Shown in pieces: positions 35,396 through 43,029 of a stretch of DNA of 43,029 nucleotides (position 1 is its first letter; each line of letters opens with the position of its first letter). The position numbers and the translations under genes are program-made. The DNA comes from Octopus bimaculoides (taxonomy: Eukaryota): contig NC_068996.1 of NCBI RefSeq assembly GCF_001194135.2, positions 31,028,441 through 31,071,469 of the forward strand, given 5' to 3'. Below the pieces are notes generated by a model. The model did no database searches and had not been told where the DNA came from. It saw only the letters and a list, made by a program, of their open reading frames with translations.

Positions 35396-35589
35396 GTATG
35401 TATGTATGTATGTATGTATGTATGTATGTATGTATATTTGTATGTATATATGTATACGTGCAGATTTGTATTATTTGTTTTATGTATGTATTCTCATGCA
35501 TATATTTGCATATCTAGGCATGCTCATATATACTTAAATGATAAACTTTTGAAAAGTTGATGGCTTGAATTTGTAGTCTCCAAATCATC

Positions 35590-36560
35590 CCTTTCCTTTC
35601 TGGTTTTGAGAAGCCTAATTTCTCAAGATTGGTATTTGGGCAGTATGTTGCATATCTCAGGGCCCCAATAATTACAGGTATAAACCTGAACTTCTATCGT
35701 GGATAGAGCAACTGCAGATTTCTCAATAGTTCAGCGTAGGTATTCTCTTTTTATTGATCTTCAGCATTATGTTAACATCCGCTGGGCAGCTGATTTCCAC
35801 AACTGTATATGGTTTCTCTTCTCTATCCCTAATCATTGTATCAGAGCTATTGTGTTTACATTTTATTGAGATTTTCACTGGTACATTCCACCAGAACACC
35901 TGTTTATTATGAGTAGCTTTCACCATACTGTGGGTTCTTATTTCTTTGTCATCGGGATTATCCTTTCGACAGACCTTGTTATACAGTATCGTAGGTACAA
36001 CATCATGTCTCATTGGTAGGTGATGACATTTTCGGACAACTGTTTATGATGTGGGTGATATCTTCGGTGTTAATTCACAAAGTCTGCATCGGTTGTCACA
36101 TTTTACTGCTTTTCCTGCATCTCTGTCCCTTTTGTGCATCAGGTATTTAGTTAATATTTCCTGTTCCTTGATTGCAAACGCATACTCTTCAAAGAACTAC
36201 GACTATTGATCCATGATAAACTGCCTTGATGATCAATGTAACTGTCATCTCGGAGCTTTCTGCATGGTCTTCTGGTGATATATGCTCATTTTTCCATTTG
36301 ATGATACGTTGTGGTAGAGTAGTGCGATTTCTTTGGGAATGTGTTTCAGGTTATCAAACAAAGAATTCTGCTCAAGGAGCTGCCTTTCAAGTCTTATGAT
36401 TTTATCAGCCTCATGTATGCAAACTTTGTCAAGGGATGCACTTCGACACTTGGTGATTAAAGATGTTGGCGAAGGGATATGATACAACATTCGAAGGCAG
36501 TTTGGATCGATGTTAAGCCTCTGTCGCTTTGTTTTCGTTTTAGGTAGAGGCGGTCTACGT
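35590..36560 (-). mobile_element. Degraded RLE-type (R4/NeSL-like) non-LTR retrotransposon 3' part, a different family from 20652-22885
   Basis: Minus strand: FAIKEQEILTKYLMHK, CDNRCRLC..EDITHIINSCPKMS (CCHC), MRHDVV, FWWNVPV, VVEISCPADVN, YAELLRNLQLLYP..FRFIPVIIGA. Frameshifts are present. Confidence 0.85.
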
Positions 36561-38889
36561 CACTGTTGATGTGAAAATTTTGTATAATTGTTAGTATCTT
36601 CCGGGTTTTCATACCAATGACTTGGATCTAATCAATCGTCCAATCAAGCACACTAAATGTTGCAAACAGATTGTGGGTCTTTGTTTTATTGAATATAGAG
36701 CGTTCTGAGGTCCTAATTTTCTTTATTCGACCATAATATTCTTTAGTGTATGTATGTATATAAATATATGCACATTTCATACATACATACATACATACAT
36801 ACATACATACGTACATACATACATACATACATACATACATACAGCTAGAGGATATATACTGTGCAATTATCTGGAATTAAATATCTTCATAGACTTGTAT
36901 TAAAAACAGAATACAAATTAGATGAGGCGAAATTCGTCGTTGCAGTAACTCACAAGAGCAACACACGTGTTTTGTCTCTGCTGAGGTATGTCAGTGCCTA
37001 TGTATTCGATTGACATCTGCTGCAACGGAATTCATGCTTTGATCTATAGGAAATAGTAATTAGACATTTATTTCTAAAAAGGAGCACACAATTAAAACAG
37101 TTCAAATCACAATCACCCACTGTTTATCATACTAAATGTATACACACAATTAGGTGTGATGTTAGAAAATTGTCTGAAATAAAAAACATCTCTTTACCGA
37201 CATGTTCCAGTTTTTCTACAGCTTCTACAGTGTCAGTGAATGTTTCCTTTATATTCACTGTCTACTTTATAACGAGGCACGGATTTCATTTAAGCCGGTG
37301 ATAATCGGGAGTTCAGCACTGACTAGCATCAATAAAGGTCGTTCCCACGAGTCACTGCAGCTCTGATGTTAGTCGCATCCCGGTATATATTATCTATGAA
37401 GAGATTTTATTTCAGACATTCCACAGCATCATGCCTTTTAATGATGTGTACATTTAATATGATACACAAATGACGATACACAGACAAATATACATACGCA
37501 CCGTTGATACCTTTGCCTATGTAAGCACAAATGTAATTCTTTACGGAAATTAATTGCACTTTAAATTTCAGGCTCTGATGATTCAGGCATTCAACTATGA
37601 GTCCAATGCATCTTATAACAGAAACAGGTGTAAGCTAATGAAGTTCATAACATAACTATGGTTTTTCTTGTGTCGTCTCTCTTTCGTATATATATATATA
37701 TATATATATATATATNNNNNNNNNNNNNNNNNNNNNNNNNNNNNNNNNNNNNNNNNNNNNNNNNNNNNNNNNNNNNNNNNNNNNNNNNNNNNNNNNNNNN
37801 NNNNNNNNNNNNNNNNNNNNNNNNNNNNNNNNNNNNNNNNNNNNNNNNNNNNNNNNNNNNNNNNNNNNNNNNNNNNNNNNNNNNNNNNNNNNNNNNNNNN
37901 NNNNNNNNNNNNNNNNNNNNNNNNNNNNNNNNNNNNNNNNNNNNNNNNNNNNNNNNNNNNNNNNNNNNNNNNNNNNNNNNNNNNNNNNNNNNNNNNNNNN
38001 NNNNNNNNNNNNNNNNNNNNNNNNNNNNNNNNNNNNNNNNNNNNNNNNNNNNNNNNNNNNNNNNNNNNNNNNNNNNNNNNNNNNNNNNNNNNNNNNNNNN
38101 NNNNNNNNNNNNNNNNNNNNNNNNNNNNNNNNNNNNNNNNNNNNNNNNNNNNNNNNNNNNNNNNNNNNNNNNNNNNNNNNNNNNNNNNNNNNNNNNNNNN
38201 NNNNNNNNNNNNNNNNNNNNNNNNNNNNNNNNNNNNNNNNNNNNNNNNNNNNNNNNNNNNNNNNNNNNNNNNNNNNNNNNNNNNNNNNNNNNNNNNNNNN
38301 NNNNNNNNNNNNNNNNNNNNNNNNNNNNNNNNNNNNNNNNNNNNNNNNNNNNNNNNNNNNNNNNNNNNNNNNNNNNNNNNNNNNNNNNNNNNNNNNNNNN
38401 NNNNNNNNNNNNNNNNNNNNNNNNNNNNNNNNNNNNNNNNNNNNNNNNNNNNNNNNNNNNNNNNNNNNNNNNNNNNNNNNNNNNNNNNNNNNNNNNNATA
38501 CCACGATGCACCCAACAATAGTACGATGACTTCTGTTCATCATTATATATCCGTGAAAGAGGTTAGAATTTATCCGGTTATATACATATATATCCAAAGT
38601 TTTAAATTTTTACATTTAAGAAAGAGATTTGACACCGATGTTTATATTTATATCCATGTATTAATCCGATGTTAACATTTCTGTATACAGCTATATTTAA
38701 CCACTAAATATAAGTTAAATATATCAGTTGCCATACACTTCATCAGGAATAAGTTTCTTTAGAACCCCCCCCCCAAAAAAAAAACACATAATGAATTAAT
38801 CGAACAAAATCAAATTCAAAATTTAAAATCCATACCGCTTTCTTAACGTTATCCGGTCTAATATAATTTTTCTCTATTTATAAGTAATT

Positions 38890-39382
38890 CCAATAGGGGA
38901 GGTAACTTCTTGCCATATTCTATGACTCTATTACAATTATTACTAATTTTTTAAAAATATTAATTATTCAAGCCACATAAATTATATTATCTTAGGGGCT
39001 ACTGCAAAGCCCACAATTACTATTGGCAAACTGTACATTGATATGCCTGCCTTAAAATCCAATATTATACTACATAGTACCATAAAATATGAGCCATAAA
39101 TAAATTATAAATAATAAAAAATGTTCTATTGCAATTGGAATAATTACTTCTAGGAGTTTTTTTCCAAAACCCACATGTGTTATATTTAAGTTATATATTA
39201 ATACATTAATATTACCTACTTTAGGATCTAATATTATATTCTATGCACTCCATGTTATAAATTATAAACAATTCTCACCATAATGGAGACCCACAGTGTG
39301 CCATCCTATCTCTAGTATTTTATTCAAAACCGACAATTATTATTGTCAAGTTATACACTTATATAGCCTGCTTTAAGATCTA
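38890..39382. repeat. Degenerate 160-bp tandem repeat running into a gap
   Basis: The anchor CAAA(G/A)CC(C/G)ACA occurs at 39005, 39165 and 39325 (exact 160-bp spacing). Each is followed by CCT(G/A)C(C/T)TTA..ATC(C/T)A. Confidence 0.7.
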
Positions 39383-39784
39383 NNNNNNNNNNNNNNNNNN
39401 NNNNNNNNNNNNNNNNNNNNNNNNNNNNNNNNNNNNNNNNNNNNNNNNNNNNNNNNNNNNNNNNNNNNNNNNNNNNNNNNNNATAAAACATAGGGTAAAG
39501 ATTTTTTCTAAACCCTTACTATATACATGTTGCTTTGGTCGAGAGTCAGTAATGTTAAAACGGCTTTTGTAAACAACATTCATTACCACAAAGCTCAATA
39601 AATAGATAGGTAGATAGATAGATTGATAAATAAATCGATAGGTCGGTAGATAGATTACCCTACATATTACATATAACTTACAGGAAGTGTTGTTGCCGGG
39701 CGTTATAGCTTATTTTGGTGTGAGTGCCTTGAAATCAATGATTCTTCATCGGATTTCCTTATTTCTTTAATTTCTTTATCGTTA

Positions 39785-40115
39785 GATCTCAGTAGTTAGA
39801 GCGTCGGGATCATAACCATGAGATAGTGTGGACTCGATTCCCGGACCGGTCTGTGTGATGTGTTCATGATCAAGACATTATTTCACATTGCTCCAGTTCA
39901 CTCAGCTGTAGAAATGAGTTTCGACGTCACTGGTGCCATACTGTATCGACCTTTGCCTTTCCCTTAGAAAACATCGGGGCCATGGAGAGGGGAGTCGGGT
40001 ATACACTGGCGACTGCTGGTCTTCCATAAACAACCTTGCCCGGACTTGTACCTTGGAAGAGGAACTTTCTAGGTGCATCCCATGGTCATTCATGACCAAA
40101 AAGGCTCTTTACCCT
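39785..40115 (+). mobile_element. Near full-length tRNA-derived SINE
   Basis: A-box-like TCTCAGTAGTTAGAGC, B-box-like ACTCGATTCCC, central CATTGCTCCAGTTCACTCAGCTGTAGAAATGAGT domain, and a 3' end CTCTTTACCCTTT. Confidence 0.8.
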
Positions 40116-40949
40116 TTTTTAGCCAGTGCGGATTAACACTCATTGAAGCAGTAAATGAGTATTCATGCATGTAGCTCACTACAGCAGTTCAAGCTTGGTG
40201 TTTTTCTCTTAATGCAATGTGCCTCTGTAATATATGTGTGGTATGTCGGGAGACCCTCTCCTTTTTTGCACACGCGTATAGAAAAACTGTTTGCATTCTT
40301 CTTTTTCTCTTACAGGTCAATCTATTTCACTTCTTACGTTGTGTTGAGCATCAAATATACATTGTTTAGTTAAGAACGTCTCATGCAAAACACAAACACG
40401 CAAGTTTACCTCCTCCACTCTATGGTGATAGCTGATTTATATTTAAGTAAAATATTATATGCTACTGTTTGGGGAAGCAATCCACAACTTTTTGAGGACC
40501 GATTAATCTTTAAACGCTTTTTCAGGAGACTCTTCACTCTTTCTCTGTACATCAAAAAGATAGAAGGAACATATTTTTGTCACTGTTAGGTCGTCTAATA
40601 TTTACGTAACTTACAATAATTTAAGCCAATTGAAACGCATAAGAAAGCAAAAAATAAGACGATTCAACCAATAGATTAGAATGATCCCATAATCTACGTA
40701 AAATTTAACGAATAAAAATTTCATACGTAACTGAAATGAAAACTTGAACCTGCAACTTACAGTTTTAATTTTGATTTTCTGTCCAACTTTCAAAGATATA
40801 ACAGAAATTTCATAGATTTATAATCCTTAGTTCTATAGGTGTTTCATATATTACTATAAGTATTTCATACTTATTTCTATAAGTAATTTTTATAAAGTGT
40901 AACCATGACAGTATAAAAAAACAAAACAGGAAAAATCAAATGTAGTAAG

Positions 40950-41010
40950 AAGTTTGCTTCACAACCACATGGTTCGGGGCTTAGTTCTACTGCGTGGCAC
41001 GCGGGCTAGT
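40950..41010 (+). mobile_element. SINE 5' fragment interrupted by the mariner copy
   Basis: TTGCTTCACAACCACATGGTTCGGGGCTTAGTTCTACTGCGTGGCAC, a degenerate tRNA-like head. Confidence 0.45.
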
Positions 41011-41016
41011 GAATTC

Positions 41017-41430
41017 TCCGAGGTGGTGTCAATAGGTTTCCAGAATAGTTCTGCAGCGCGCCAACAGATGGTTACACATGCTGAGTACGCAGTGAGAGCT
41101 AGCAGTAACCTTTATGAGACAGTATGCCGAGTGAGATCGTTGTGTTTACTTCATAAATTGTGAAATTTGTGTTTTAATGATCACGTGTATGTTGTAGTGT
41201 ACGATTTTGTCATGGACAGGAAGTTGGAACAATGAACTAACGTGAAATTTTGCGTTAAACTTTGGAAGTCTGCTACAGAGACAGTGAGCATATTCTGCAA
41301 ACTTACAACGATAGGGCAATAGGTCGTACGAAATGTTTTGAGTGGCACAGGCGTTTCAAAAGTAAAAGAACGTCTCTGGAAGACGATGAGCGATCTGGAA
41401 GACGATGAGCGATCTGGAAGACATGTCACT
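41017..41430 (+). mobile_element. Second mariner 5' fragment, same family as 32855-33350
   Basis: Collinear nucleotide similarity to 32855-33240. It reads MDRKLEQ*TNVKFCVKLWKSATET...SLEDDERSGR with a stop and frameshifts. Confidence 0.85.
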
Positions 41431-42229
41431 AGCGTTACTCCACAGAAATGTGGTATTCTAAAAGCTGGAATATTATTAGTAAGGCTAAACCTTATAGAAT
41501 AGGTTGATACAAGACGTATCAAATTTACATTTCTAAATTTAATCTAATAAACACAAGTGAAGAACGTGCTCTAAGATGTCTTCATACAAGAAACTTTACA
41601 TTTAAACAATTTAAATAAACATTACACATTATAGAATAATAAAAATTATTATAATAACAATTGAGAAACCAAGAACCAAATAATAAATCAAACATGATAG
41701 AATACCTCTGCACTAAGGATATTCTCTTTGAAATGAGTGGAATAGTAAACTTCTAATATTAATGATAAATCTACATAAACATTTGATCGAACCTTGACCT
41801 ATTTTTAGGCCTATGTTTCACTTCACCTACTACATTTAGTAGAGGTGGACACTAGGTCAAGATTCCTACAACTATTAATAGTAGTATCTTTACCTCCTAC
41901 AAAACACTTCATTCAGTTTGTTGGTTCCATCAGTTTCACTTCAAAACTGCACCGACCATGACACCAGGCTGCATATCCAACAGTAGTTGAAATACGTGTA
42001 GGTCCCGTCAAAAAGAATGATATAAATAACTGTTAAATACAATTACTTACTTTATGGAAATTATGCAGTCCTGAACAGGATACTCGGAATATACCCAGCG
42101 AGAAAAGTTACCAGAGCTTAGTAACTTATTGTTAGCACGGGTATCACAAAAGGTGCCGGCATCTGAAACCGAATTAAAAGGAAACACGGTAACTCACTTT
42201 TGTATATATATATATATATATATATACAC

Positions 42230-42560
42230 GCATACATATATAATACAAAACAAAAAGTGGAACAAGAACGTAACAAGCAGTAACAAAACATCAGGACAGT
42301 TAGACGATACATAGAAGGACAGGAAAAAACAAAGACGGGTCATTCAGAGCTTTCTGTCGTCAGTCGAGTTCCAGATCGTCCCTGCAGTTTCGGCCGGTTA
42401 CACTCGAGACTGCTCAAATATGGCCAGCCCCAAGAAAATCTAAGCTAAGATCACTAGATTCTTTGGAAGAAAGTAAGCGAATGTATACGAAAACAAGAAC
42501 GAAAAAAAACGGAGAAATGATACACAATTACAAATACAAAGAACAAGACATTAACAGCAA
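42230..42560 (-). mobile_element. Interspersed repeat, possibly a PLE terminal region
   Basis: The minus strand carries two hammerhead-like half-motifs (GGCCGAAACTGCAG; CTGACGA-CAGA AAGC TCTG-AAT) and adjoins (TA)n. No coding sequence. Confidence 0.3.
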
Positions 42561-43029
42561 GTATCTTTCAACTAAGGACGAATTAAATTAAGCTGGCATG
42601 TGTGGAGTGAAGTCTTACGGCAGGAGCATAAGGGATGAAAGTCATGGGAAGGAATATAAGAGATGTTACACGGATGGGTAGTCGAACTAAGAAAGAAAGG
42701 TCAGGCTTGGTGGAACACTAGTCACGTGGAAGGAGAGAAGAGAGGTAAGAGGCAAAGGGATTGAAGAATTAGAGAGGGACGAGAAAGAGAGAAACAGAAA
42801 GTAAAGGGACATAGAGCAAGGTACAAGGGAGGTAAAAGAGGAGAGAAAGTGATGAAAATGAAGAGAAGGCCAAGAAATATGTGTCGTCAAAAATGATGGA
42901 AAATGGCACTTCAAAACAATGGGAGAAACGATTGATAAATGTCAGCAATCGAGTAATTATATGTACATATTCAGAATTGAAACACTTGAACAATCAGATG
43001 CAGTTGTAACGACTTCGTTGAGAATGTTT

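Noticed and set aside
39785-39850. tRNA gene
   Set aside because: A/B-box-like motifs continue into a SINE body and no cloverleaf can be formed; annotated as a SINE.

Overview
Repeat-saturated, AT-rich eukaryotic DNA with 12 N-gaps. The microsatellite load and SINE types resemble a coleoid cephalopod (Octopus-like) genome; this is an inference, not a database result. No host protein-coding gene, rRNA, tRNA gene or CRISPR array can be supported, and most of the ORF track comes from microsatellites or N-runs. The identifiable content is transposon debris: RTE-clade, Tx1/L1-clade and R4-like (RLE) non-LTR retrotransposon fragments, Penelope-like elements (PLEs) next to (TA)n, two mariner 5' fragments, Helitron-like 5' ends, tRNA-derived SINEs, and one internally deleted Ty3/Gypsy element (13107-14447, GATAT target-site duplication). 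The most notable observations are three. (1) The Gypsy element has no tRNA primer-binding site; its PBS position is a perfect 16-nt complement of its own LTR, a Tf1-like self-priming architecture. (2) A well-formed but point-inactivated type I hammerhead ribozyme lies at 15602-15680. (3) Six modules are bounded by inverted repeats, one of which encloses a copy of sequence from 1.9 kb upstream. All alignments and translations were done by eye.
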